A stretch of 48,538 nucleotides of DNA from Acidobacteriota bacterium (GCA_040004905.1 JBDTZW010000236.1:1-48538); one strand, 5' to 3'. Positions 37,701-46,329 are shown, counted from the stretch's first letter. The notes: generated by a model from the sequence alone, not told the origin. Translations and numbers: made by a program.

Positions 37701-39170
37701 TCAGAGTTCAAGCGCTGATAAACGATCTTCGTCAAGAAGTTTCCTGGACTGGACCGAAGTCAGTCGCAGAAGATCGTCGAGAGCGGTTCGCATTTCTTCC
37801 GGAGAGCGCTGCTTCACTTCGCGCCCCGCTGCGCCCTCAAGTTTGCTCAACACGTCTTCGAGCGATGTGTCGCCCGTAAAGTTCATTAGCTGATACCATT
37901 CGCACATCTGCCGTGCTCGTTTTGCGAGAGAACCGGGCACAAACTTCGCGTCCTTCAACCGCTGAGACATCTCCGTTGCCGCTTCGAAGATCTTTGAAGC
38001 GATCTGAGCAAAACCCTCCTTTACCGGGGATACGGCCTCTTCCGCCTCGCGTCTTGCGGCCTCGATTTTCATGTTGCGGATGCGTTCCTTGACCTCTCGC
38101 TCGCGGCGCGTTTCGTCTGTTGCTTCGTTAATCTTCAACTGTTCGATTTGCCGTTTTGTGTCCGCCTCAAGTTCCAGAGCGGTTCTCTCGGCGTTCAGTT
38201 TTGTCGTTTCGATTGCAAGTGTTCGCGCCAAGTTTCTCTCAGCGATCATCTCGGAGCCTAGAACGATCACCTTCGGCTTCATCGTTATCACGAGCCCGTC
38301 GCTTAGCATCTCTTTAGTTGGCACCATCCCGAGGGCTTGTGCGGTCACCGCCTCGACGAACTCATTTCGATTGAAAGGTTCGTCGACCGTTGCCAGCAGC
38401 CTGTTTGCCGAGTCCTCGGCAAGCTCGCGAAAACTGTCGGTCAGAATTTCAATAATATCGTCGTATTTTTCGAGAACTTCGGCCTTGGCCCGCGAAAGCG
38501 TTTCGCATGCGCGAAAGTACGCCTGCTCGAATTGCTCGAATGCCGTCCAGGGGATCCATTTATACTCGCTGGTCCCCCAGACGGTCTCACATAAAGTGAA
38601 GCGGAAACCGTACTTATTGAGAGCGTTATGAGCTTGAGCCGCTCCGCGCATCAGTTTGTTTCGAGATACATCGGGCAGCAGTCCTGCTCTTGGTGGGCTA
38701 ACGCGAACCGCGGCTTCTTCTGGAAGTTTTACTCCAAGTGTTCTCCATTCCAACTGCCGGATCAGACTGCCGAAACCACGACAGTCGATATTCATGAAGA
38801 TACCCTCGCTCTCCAGCGTCGAAAGGTCGAAGGGCAATGACTCGACCTCGTTTGCACCGATACCGAGTTCTGCGGCGGCCCGTTCTTTTCTTGCATCAAG
38901 ACGCCTAAAAACATCATGAGCCAAGCTCGATTGCGAGATCGAGTCAGCGGAAGGCGTGATTTCAAAAGAATCGATTGCCTCGGCAGGTTTCGATTCTTCG
39001 GGCGCGTTCCGCCTGTCATCAGACATCGGCAACGCTGTTTCTCTATTTGAGTTGGCGAGGCCATTCCGGCCGAAAATATTCTGTAAGACCGATGAGGCCA
39101 GCGAATTCGGTTTAGTGACCGATACCGGCGTACCGGCACGTTCTGCTAACTGTTGAGTTTCCATCTTCAC
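37701..39170 (-). CDS. hypothetical 489-aa protein with C-terminal coiled-coil region (possibly DUF3150-like)
   Basis: The long ORF fits the operon spacing. The central region (FMNIDCRGFG...KYGFRFTLCETVWG...FEQAYF) vaguely recalls DUF3150 proteins of ICE/plasmids. The C-terminal half is Glu/Arg/Lys-rich and helical. Confidence 0.7.
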   Translation of the reverse strand: MKMETQQLAERAGTPVSVTKPNSLASSVLQNIFGRNGLANSNRETALPMSDDRRNAPEESKPAEAIDSFEITPSADSISQSSLAHDVFRRLDARKERAAAELGIGANEVESLPFDLSTLESEGIFMNIDCRGFGSLIRQLEWRTLGVKLPEEAAVRVSPPRAGLLPDVSRNKLMRGAAQAHNALNKYGFRFTLCETVWGTSEYKWIPWTAFEQFEQAYFRACETLSRAKAEVLEKYDDIIEILTDSFRELAEDSANRLLATVDEPFNRNEFVEAVTAQALGMVPTKEMLSDGLVITMKPKVIVLGSEMIAERNLARTLAIETTKLNAERTALELEADTKRQIEQLKINEATDETRREREVKERIRNMKIEAARREAEEAVSPVKEGFAQIASKIFEAATEMSQRLKDAKFVPGSLAKRARQMCEWYQLMNFTGDTSLEDVLSKLEGAAGREVKQRSPEEMRTALDDLLRLTSVQSRKLLDEDRLSALEL

Positions 39171-39234
39171 ACTCTTCTGTCATCCGCCTGTTTTCTGGGT
39201 CATGAGCTAATTTCCATGCTTTGCGTTAAGAGGC

Positions 39235-39534
39235 TTAGCATATGCATGTGCTAAATGACATCGACTCAAAATACAGGTCTCTCTCAACTTTTAGACCACT
39301 TATTTCAACTTCTTCCAGCTCCCGCAATGTAAAATAACCCCACTCGGATTCGAAACCGATAACGTGGCCAAAGAATAGGAACTCGTCGGCCTGGGCTTCG
39401 CCTTTGGTTACAAACCAGGTCCATCCGGATGCCGGAAAGAAGAACTTCGCGTATACGGTAGGGTCCGAAGAACTTTCTTGTTCGCCCAATTGCGGTAGAG
39501 CACTCCGAAGAGCGTCGTCGAGAAGGATTGACAT
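39235..39534 (-). CDS. DUF2958-domain protein
   Basis: DPTVYAKFFFPASGWTWFVTKGE...FLFFGHVIGFESEWGYFTLRELEEV...KVERDLYFE is a close match to the DUF2958 consensus found on ICEs and plasmids. Confidence 0.85.
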   Translation of the reverse strand: MSILLDDALRSALPQLGEQESSSDPTVYAKFFFPASGWTWFVTKGEAQADEFLFFGHVIGFESEWGYFTLRELEEVEISGLKVERDLYFESMSFSTCIC

Positions 39535-39540
39535 ATCTGG

Positions 39541-40404
39541 CTATCTTTTCTTTGAGACTGCGGCCGCGATCTGATCAGGGGTGCAGTAAAGGGAGCGGCC
39601 CGTGCCACTATCGAGATCGAAATATGTGGCGAATCTCTTGAGCGATCTTGTGAGGAACATCTCGCAAAGCATCTCAGCCAATTCAATTGCAACCCGCTGA
39701 TTTATGTTGAGACTTTGTTCTCCAAGACGAATCCGGTCAGGGCAGGAAAGTCTTTCGAGGTCTTCTGATCTGGCCGGCTTTTCTGGCGCAAGAAGATCGG
39801 GATGCACAAGCGATGGGGCAGGGAGAGAGCGGCAGATGCTTGTCGCCGTGAAATGCTGATCCGGCTTTATCCGCTTCGTATTCGAGCCGAGAAGAACCTG
39901 TCCCGATGATCGGCCATTGCCGCCATCTATCCACCATAAATCGGGAGCATCCGAAGAACCGTATCTCCGATACTTATCGATCGCAAGATGAATATCGCGC
40001 CGCGCGAAATGGTTGTCGACGCAGCCGACGATAATCGTCATCGAACGATAGTCGCTGGTCGAAGCCCTAAGATGGTTCTCGCCGTCGAATAACTCATTTG
40101 CGTAATGGCACTCCAATCCCCATGCAAGGGTTATTCTCTTTGCAAGAGACTGTGCCTTGAAACTACCTATCTCCGCCGCACAGAAGTTGCTTCTCGGTAT
40201 ATTGCCACTCTCTACCATATCCGGATCGACTATCAACATCTCGACCGGCTTACTTTTCTGTTTCAATTCAAACATCAGCCTTGCGATCGCGGGGACCACA
40301 AACGATCCTGTTCCGCCCGCTCCGACGACGATGAAGCGAAGGCTGCTGTACTCTCTAGGCATCACAACGGCAGCCTGTGAGAAACTTAGATCGATCTGCT
40401 TCAC
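39541..40404 (-). CDS. ThiF/E1-like adenylyltransferase (PRTRC ThiF-type)
   Basis: Rossmann motif FIVVGAGGTGSF, then LIVDPDMVESGNIPRSNF and IIVGCVDNHFARR. GTG 40404 overlaps the JAB stop (GTGA). An alternative ATG lies at 40365. Confidence 0.9.
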   Translation of the reverse strand: MKQIDLSFSQAAVVMPREYSSLRFIVVGAGGTGSFVVPAIARLMFELKQKSKPVEMLIVDPDMVESGNIPRSNFCAAEIGSFKAQSLAKRITLAWGLECHYANELFDGENHLRASTSDYRSMTIIVGCVDNHFARRDIHLAIDKYRRYGSSDAPDLWWIDGGNGRSSGQVLLGSNTKRIKPDQHFTATSICRSLPAPSLVHPDLLAPEKPARSEDLERLSCPDRIRLGEQSLNINQRVAIELAEMLCEMFLTRSLKRFATYFDLDSGTGRSLYCTPDQIAAAVSKKR

Positions 40405-41057
40405 AACAACATCTCCACAAGCGCGTCTATCTCGTCGAGGTCGATGATCTCTTCCGGCATTTCACCGACCCAAAGCGCCGGGATCGGAACGAGGTGGTCG
40501 TAAACACCGCAACGGAACCTTATCTTCGGCTTGTCGTGAACATCCATCAGGATGCCGAAGATCCTGAACTTGCCTAGTTCATCCGCGTCGTCCGCTCTGC
40601 TGAAATTCAACGCCCCGGGCGGGTGCGTATGCAGTTCGATGCAGCAGTCTGCGTATTCCCGCAATGCATCGTCGGCGATGGTCGATACCACGCTGTGTTC
40701 GCGGCCGGCCGCTATCCATTGCCAGGCGCCACGTTCCTTGTCCCAGTAGATGAGGTAAATCTCTTCCCTAAAATTCGAGGATGTGTGCGCTCGCCGCGCG
40801 TGCAGGAATATATCAAGCCACAAAGACGCTGGTATTTTTGGTTTTGTCCACGTGATACCGATCGAGGCATTCGGGAGGCCCCATACCTTTTGCATACTGA
40901 GCGGCAAAGATACGGAAAACTCCCGGCGTTTCGCACGAACGAATAAACCATTTCCGGTGAGAAGGTATTCATAGAGAGCCGCTTCTATCGGGTCATTCTC
41001 ACTCACGGCGATGCGGTGCCCGACCAGTTTTGGCAGGGCGATAAAATTTGGAGTCAT
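40401..41057 (-). CDS. JAB/MPN (JAMM) metallopeptidase (PRTRC protein A-like)
   Basis: Complete JAMM signature ELHTHPPGALNFSRADDAD (HxH-x7-S-xx-D). Confidence 0.9.
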   Translation of the reverse strand: MTPNFIALPKLVGHRIAVSENDPIEAALYEYLLTGNGLFVRAKRREFSVSLPLSMQKVWGLPNASIGITWTKPKIPASLWLDIFLHARRAHTSSNFREEIYLIYWDKERGAWQWIAAGREHSVVSTIADDALREYADCCIELHTHPPGALNFSRADDADELGKFRIFGILMDVHDKPKIRFRCGVYDHLVPIPALWVGEMPEEIIDLDEIDALVEMLL

Positions 41058-41072
41058 ATAATGGAATTGGGT

Positions 41073-41762
41073 TTAGAAGCGGCTGTCGTATCGGTTTCGC
41101 TCGACGATTGATTCCCATGCGTCCTCGACAGTGCTCGACGACATGATCAATTGGGTCGCCGGGAACTTCTTCACCTTGTCCGAAGCCAATTTTGCGAGCA
41201 AAGTGCGAACGTCACCTTCCGTCTGGCATCTTCCCGTCGAATGATCGCCATTGAATGGAGCGTCGAAGATGAGCTTCCAGACATCCTGCAGCATCGAAGG
41301 ATGCGTCTCCGGGACCTCGTTCTGCCCGAAGCAGATCTTTCCCGAGCCGATATTCGGTAACGGCGCGACGGCCAGTCGAGTATTCCGGGTGACCTTCGAA
41401 CTCGATGCGGCCCACAGGTAGTAGTCCTTCCCTTTCCCGAGAAGGATCAACGTCGGGAGAGGCAAGATTAAGGTCTCTACACGATCGCCCGGAAAGACAA
41501 TTGCTATAGTTCGCGGGGCCGCCGGCAGATATGAAAGGATCGCGTTGCCGTCCGTCGCTTCGCGATACCGCAAGACCCGTCGATCTATCCAACCCGTGTC
41601 CGTTTGCAGATCGCGAAACGCCCGCGTCACCTGAGTACTCGATAAAGCCTTTAAGGCGTGCCGGTTCTCCCCGAATGTCTCGAACAGATACTGTCCGGGC
41701 AGAAAATAGAGTGCCGCGGCAGCATCCGGCGGTACAGTATGATTCCTCATCGATTTATTCAT
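41073..41762 (-). CDS. E2/UBC-like protein (PRTRC protein B / Prok-E2_B-like)
   Basis: APLPNIGSGKICFGQNEVP...WKLIFDAPFNGDH parallels the ApYwN...vC.Gs..iP...W...FF.S.FtH core of PRTRC-B proteins as I remember them. It sits directly upstream of the JAB and ThiF genes, as in PRTRC. Confidence 0.75.
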   Translation of the reverse strand: MNKSMRNHTVPPDAAAALYFLPGQYLFETFGENRHALKALSSTQVTRAFRDLQTDTGWIDRRVLRYREATDGNAILSYLPAAPRTIAIVFPGDRVETLILPLPTLILLGKGKDYYLWAASSSKVTRNTRLAVAPLPNIGSGKICFGQNEVPETHPSMLQDVWKLIFDAPFNGDHSTGRCQTEGDVRTLLAKLASDKVKKFPATQLIMSSSTVEDAWESIVERNRYDSRF

Positions 41763-42600
41763 CCGAAGATCGAACTGGACCGGAGTCCGAACCGGACAGC
41801 CCCAGATCGGGATGCTCTCCCGTGTTCCAGAAGTCGATAAGTGCCCGCAGCATCTTTTTCGGTTCTGCCTCTATCATTTCATCGAGCTTATTCAATCTTT
41901 CTAAGATCTCATTTGCCGCCTTGTATTCCGCCGTGAGCACTTCGATCGTTTCGCGGTCCCAGGAGTACCAGTCGGCGGTTTGGCAATAGTTCGAATCGAG
42001 CCACGGATTGCCGGTTGAGTGATCCACCAACCGCAAAAGTTCTCCGATAAGTCCGATAAGAGAGCCGCTCTGCGCCGCCCAGACATTCTGATGGGGACTG
42101 GAATGGATCGAGGGGAAATCCTTTCTCGACAGCTTGTACTGATGGTCGAGGAAATCCCAGGCGTCGTCCGGAAAGTAGAAGATCAATGCAGCGGCGTAGC
42201 TCACCTTCAGATTGTCGAAATATATATCTTCACAGCATAGATCGATATTTAACGGCGGGATGGCGAACTGTTCGAACTCGTTCTCCGGGTCGTCGTAGGC
42301 GAATTCAAGCAGCGGGAAACACTTTTCATTCACCAGATTGAAAAGCTCGTTGATCCGCTCGCTGTATTTCCCGTAGTAGCCGCGCCTGTAAAGACTCGCT
42401 TTGGAGCGCTCCCATTCGTTCGGAAATATCTCCCGATACAATCCATATTTCTGCTGCTCGGAGAGGACACGGGCGACGAGATCGTATGCGGTAATTGCAT
42501 TGTGACTCCGAGCCTTGAAGCTCAGGTACTCAAGAGATTTTGAAAGCCGTTCGGCAAACCCAAGTTCCTCCGACAGTCGCTCTTTAGGCATCGAGTACAT
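41755..42600 (-). CDS. hypothetical helical 281-aa protein (position of PRTRC protein F)
   Basis: Aromatic-rich ORF predicted to be helical. It overlaps the E2-like start by 8 nt. I recognise no motif. The PRTRC-F equivalence is positional only. Confidence 0.7.
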   Translation of the reverse strand: MYSMPKERLSEELGFAERLSKSLEYLSFKARSHNAITAYDLVARVLSEQQKYGLYREIFPNEWERSKASLYRRGYYGKYSERINELFNLVNEKCFPLLEFAYDDPENEFEQFAIPPLNIDLCCEDIYFDNLKVSYAAALIFYFPDDAWDFLDHQYKLSRKDFPSIHSSPHQNVWAAQSGSLIGLIGELLRLVDHSTGNPWLDSNYCQTADWYSWDRETIEVLTAEYKAANEILERLNKLDEMIEAEPKKMLRALIDFWNTGEHPDLGLSGSDSGPVRSSDE

Positions 42601-42612
42601 ATGCCGTTTACC

Positions 42613-42882
42613 CTAAAACCCTGTTGGAACGTGAATCGACGGACGTGCAGGCGATCTCTCGAAAGCCGCGATCTGACGTCGTATCGTTTCGATCTCGCTT
42701 CTGCCTTCGTCCAGGATCTCTTCTGCGCGGTTTATTTCTTCAGCGCTCAGAAGGTCGGCGGCATTTCTTAACATGAACTCTTCGGCCAACAGGATCGTCG
42801 GATTCACCCGTTCCGTTTCTGCGATCAGGATATCGAACGGAGACTCGTTCCCGTTCACAGAACCGCTGCTTAGAATTTCCAT
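42613..42882 (-). CDS. hypothetical 89-aa protein (first gene of the operon; track ORF extends to 42981)
   Basis: ATG 42882 (MEILSSGS...) follows GGAGG with 9-nt spacing. The 33 codons upstream (42883-42981) look like read-in from the decayed Rhs cassette. The protein looks helical, not beta-grasp. Confidence 0.5.
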   Translation of the reverse strand: MEILSSGSVNGNESPFDILIAETERVNPTILLAEEFMLRNAADLLSAEEINRAEEILDEGRSEIETIRRQIAAFERSPARPSIHVPTGF

Positions 42883-42984
42883 TTTTCCCAACCTCCGCAT
42901 TCTGGCAGCCGCTCTTTTTTGTTTTACAAAAACAGATTTGACAGGAATTTTGCTCGCGATGTGGGATCTAATCAGATTCATTAT

Positions 42985-43612
42985 GAGACGCCCGAGCCAG
43001 CTGAAAAATCCTAGTCCGCTTGGGTCAAGGTGGTTTATCGATCGTTTCCGCAGAAAGCGTAAAGGTTCAGCGTCTGCGGACTCGCGAATGAAACAGCATT
43101 CATGCCCGCCGGATCGACTTGAGTAAATCTGCCTTGCTTCGAGTCGTATGTCCGGTTGACAGCGTAGTCGAGTTCAGTTCGCGAGCTTCGTTCGTAGCTG
43201 GTGAACCGTTTTGGATTTGTGGTTAGGGTCGATTCGGCGTTGAGTGCAGTGCCGAATGGCAGGTGGGCCTGTTCGTAGCTAGTTCCGGCTGTCTGATTGG
43301 TAACCAGCCTGGTTCCCAAACGGTCGGGGCGGTTGTATTCGGTCGTCTAGCCACCTGAGCCGTTTGGCGTGATCGTCGAGAGAAGACTGTCGCCTAAGTA
43401 AATGCACGTCTTTGACCATGAAAGAGTGCCGTTTCCGTTTGTCTCGGAGTATTCAACCGCGTCGCCATACCAGGTCGTCAGCCACGAAACGACGTCGGTC
43501 AAAGCGATCCGCTCATTGCCGACACCGAACTGCTGACTTTCGATCAGTGTACCATCATTCGGTTCATTGCCCTGTTTGATATTCACGCGACTATTCGCCG
43601 CATCGCATCCAA
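42985..43612 (-). pseudogene. orphan Rhs C-terminal cassette 3 (core-end only, decayed)
   Basis: Homologous to the main rhs gene from ...DAAN.RVNIK... to ...CGND(P)INHLDPSGLGFF. In-frame TAG at 43347-43349 (GAG in the main copy). 1-nt deletion after 43040 (tatcgatcg versus tatcggatc in both other copies). Track ORFs 43347..43586 and 43035..43319 are its pieces. Confidence 0.8.
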
Positions 43613-43640
43613 AGCGCAGCCGCTACGTAATTCAGAATCT

Positions 43641-44075
43641 TTACTTTGGAAAACCCCGTTGAACGACGGTAAAATCTTTCTTACTAATATGATAAACTAC
43701 GTCAATTCCATTCTCGGTCTCCCCACCAACATAAACCTGATTCGGTTCGCGTTTGACCAAAAGCGTTCCGACCAGCAGATCAGTGTTGGAAGCTTTATCC
43801 TCATGTATCTCTAATTTATAGTTGGCAAGATTTTTCTTACCCTCGGGAATCTCTTTATCATTTTTGAATGCGTAAAGTATCGAATTAACTACTTGAAGTT
43901 GTTCCGAGCTAAGCGCAATTTCGAGCTGAGAACCCTTTAGGGTTTGTATGTCTCTTACTTGCTCTCCGTTTGTTGGAGCGATCAGTTCATCATTTTGAAG
44001 CCTTTTGCCGGAATCTAAAGATCCGCACGAGGCGAAAAGCACAGTCATTAAAAAATAGGGAATTATTTTTGTCAT
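43641..44075 (-). CDS. exported/lipoprotein immunity candidate for orphan cassette 2
   Basis: ATG 44075 overlaps the toxin stop (ATGA). MTKIIPYFLMTVLFASCGS is a signal peptide with a lipobox-like LFASC. Confidence 0.65.
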   Translation of the reverse strand: MTKIIPYFLMTVLFASCGSLDSGKRLQNDELIAPTNGEQVRDIQTLKGSQLEIALSSEQLQVVNSILYAFKNDKEIPEGKKNLANYKLEIHEDKASNTDLLVGTLLVKREPNQVYVGGETENGIDVVYHISKKDFTVVQRGFPK

Positions 44076-45447
44076 TTTATTTTTGTCCTCCCAACTGTCG
44101 CAACTTGCCAACCTGCCGGGTTTCTACTGTACCGCATAAGGTTTCCAGAAGGAGTTGCAAGCCAGCTTGGAAGATTACCGCCCTCGGCTGAAGCTACATC
44201 GCCCGGAATTGGACTCCCAGGAAGTCCCGAAAACTGTTCATTCCAGTCAGTCCCCCCTATGACGCTACTTTCTTCCCAATGAGCGTGGGTATGGTATAAA
44301 CCGGCCAACTGACTGTCTTTCGGGCACGTATTAGGAATTCCACCACCGGCCGGCCCCAAAACTACAGGAACCGTAGAAATAAATACACCGGGCTTTAGTT
44401 TGCAAATAAATCCTGCAATTTCTCTATTTATCCTAATGGATCGTGCATTAATCTCCTGGAGTATCGCTATGGCAGCCTGCTGAGCGGTTCGATACCTCTT
44501 TCTTGGCTTGCCTTGAACAAGACTATTCCCAACGGCACTTCCGGCTCTGACACCGCCAAGGAAAACTTGCCACCATGATATATGTGAGGCAGATTCTCCA
44601 GTGCTGGCAAGGTTCACAATGATGGAATTAGCTATATTTGACGAGGCTCTGATCGCCGCTATTCCTGCGCCAATCCCCGTTCCAATTGCAATCCAACCCA
44701 AAATTTTTGCAGCCGTAGTATAACCAAGGGCACTCATAACCGACGATCCGGCTGAGGCAGTAGCGCTGACAGCAGCCAATATGCCTGCGATGGTTGCAGG
44801 CGCTGCTACTATTGTTAGAATAGCCACGACCACAGCAATTATTGCTACAATCCATTTGAATAGTTTCTTCAGGAAACTGAAAAAGCCCAGCCCGCTTGGG
44901 TCTAAATGATTTATCGGATCATTCGCACAGTAAACATACAGATTGAGCGTTTGCGGAGCGGCAAGGCTTGTCGCTTCCATTCCAGCCGGATCTACCTGGG
45001 TGAAGCGACCTTGTTTACTGTCATAGGTCCGGTTGACGGCGTAGTCGAGTTCGGTTCGCGCACTTCTCTCATAAGAGGTGAAGCGTTTTGGATTGGTGGT
45101 CAGCGTCGATTCGGTGTTGAGGGCAGTGCCGAAAGGCAGGTGTGCCTGTTCGGAGCTTGTGCCGGTCGCCTAATTGGTTACGAGCTTTGTTCCCAAACGG
45201 TCTGGGTGATTGTATTCTGTCACCTCGACACCCGCTCCGTCCGGCGCGATCGTGGAAAGCAGGCTGTCACCGAGATAGGTACAGGTCTTTGACCATGCCA
45301 GGATTCCGCTGGTGCCGCTTTCGATATATTCCATCGAGTCGCTGTACCATGTCGTTTGATTCGCAACCGTATCAGTCAAGGCGATCCGCTCATTCCCGAC
45401 ACCGAAGGTCTGACTTTGAAGAAGAGAACTGTCGCTGGCCTTTTTGA
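44072..45447 (-). pseudogene. orphan Rhs C-terminal cassette 2: core-end + TM-rich linker + DUF4329-like toxin, interrupted by one in-frame TAG
   Basis: A single frame from ~45447 (LVNIKKASDSS...). TAG at 45170-45172 (CAG in the main copy). It continues ...RFTQVDPAGMEATS...NDPINHLDPSGLGFF, then a Gly/Ala-rich hydrophobic stretch, then YRTAQQAAIAILQEINARSI...GLYHTHAHW...FSGLP...ATPSGNLMRY (DUF4329-like). The intact distal ORF is 44072..44980. Confidence 0.8.
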
Positions 45448-45699
45448 TGTTTACAAGGCTCTTCCCATGAAACTAGTACTTCCCGTATTCCTTCTAATCA
45501 AGATCGTTTCGTTTTCTCAAACCCTTTATGATTTGGCAAAAGACCAAATCCAACACCTAAATATCAATCCAAAGGTCGATCGGTGCGCGAAAGACGGCAA
45601 TGGTTCTGACAAGGCGCTGAATCTTGCAAGGAACCGAATCGGCCTTCCCAAGGACCCTTTCGAATTGATCAGTAACGACTATCGTTTTTTTATGTTTCT

Positions 45700-46293
45700 T
45701 TATTTCTGAACATTTTTTTTAGTTTCTTCTAGAAGGGCTTTTCGCTTTTCCCAATATACTGCATCAACTAATTTTAGAAGTTGAACTAACGAATCTGGGT
45801 AGACTCCCGAGCTTTCAAGATGAACGTGGCTGTCGTTTTCTTCAATTATTATTTTCTTCATAGCATTATCGGATAAATAATTGACGGTGACACGAATTTT
45901 CGAATCCAAGATGCGCCTAGTCGGAGTGTACATTGTCTTTGGTTCATCAAAACGCATCTTGTCAAAGATCGTTAAAAAAGCGTCAAATTGCTCTCCGGTT
46001 ATTGCCGAACGTTTGAGTTCCGTTCTAAACGGAACGCCCGCGAGATCTGGTCCATATTGAGGAAAAAAATCAAACTCAATCGCCGCGTCGCTATAAAGTC
46101 GAAGCGTCAAAGTTTTTCCGGGCGGATACACCGGCCCCTCAGACTCACTTACGACTTCCAATAGAAGCCTTTCGTCTCCATTGGTAGCGTTTGTGTATCT
46201 TGAAGACGAGCAGCTCGCTGAAAAGGCGAGAGAAGCAAAAATAAAAACAATCAAAAGAGAACTCACAATATATTTATAGCAATACATACTCAT
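45700..46293 (-). CDS. exported immunity candidate for the main Rhs toxin
   Basis: Starts 36 nt after the rhs stop. The N-terminal hydrophobic leader IVSSLLIVFIFASLAFSASCSS suggests a signal peptide, possibly a lipoprotein. Confidence 0.6.
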   Translation of the reverse strand: MSMYCYKYIVSSLLIVFIFASLAFSASCSSSRYTNATNGDERLLLEVVSESEGPVYPPGKTLTLRLYSDAAIEFDFFPQYGPDLAGVPFRTELKRSAITGEQFDAFLTIFDKMRFDEPKTMYTPTRRILDSKIRVTVNYLSDNAMKKIIIEENDSHVHLESSGVYPDSLVQLLKLVDAVYWEKRKALLEETKKNVQK

Positions 46294-46329
46294 TTTTCTT
46301 AGCTCCTACTTGCCAAAAAGGTCGTCCGG

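Larger units (their letters stand above)
32741..42985. mobile_element. ICE/phage-derived module carrying the E1-E2-JAB/AAA+ operon (boundaries approximate)
   Basis: A truncated integrase lies at one end and an abrupt loss of Rhs homology at ~42985 at the other. The cargo is typical of mobile elements (DUF2958, PRTRC-like cassette, Rad52-like protein). Confidence 0.45.

Noticed and set aside
42883-42981. N-terminal 33 codons of track ORF 42613..42981 as genuine coding sequence of the operon's first gene.
   Set aside because: This stretch is continuous in frame with the decayed Rhs cassette once a 1-nt deletion is repaired, and it has no RBS. The internal ATG 42882 has a GGAGG at ideal spacing.
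45468-45709. 80-aa + strand ORF (MKLVLPVFLLIKIV...) between orphan cassette 2 and the immunity gene.
   Set aside because: It is on the opposite strand to the whole Rhs array, has no clear RBS, matches no family I recognise, and its 3' end overlaps the 45700..46293 gene. It could be real, but I cannot support it.
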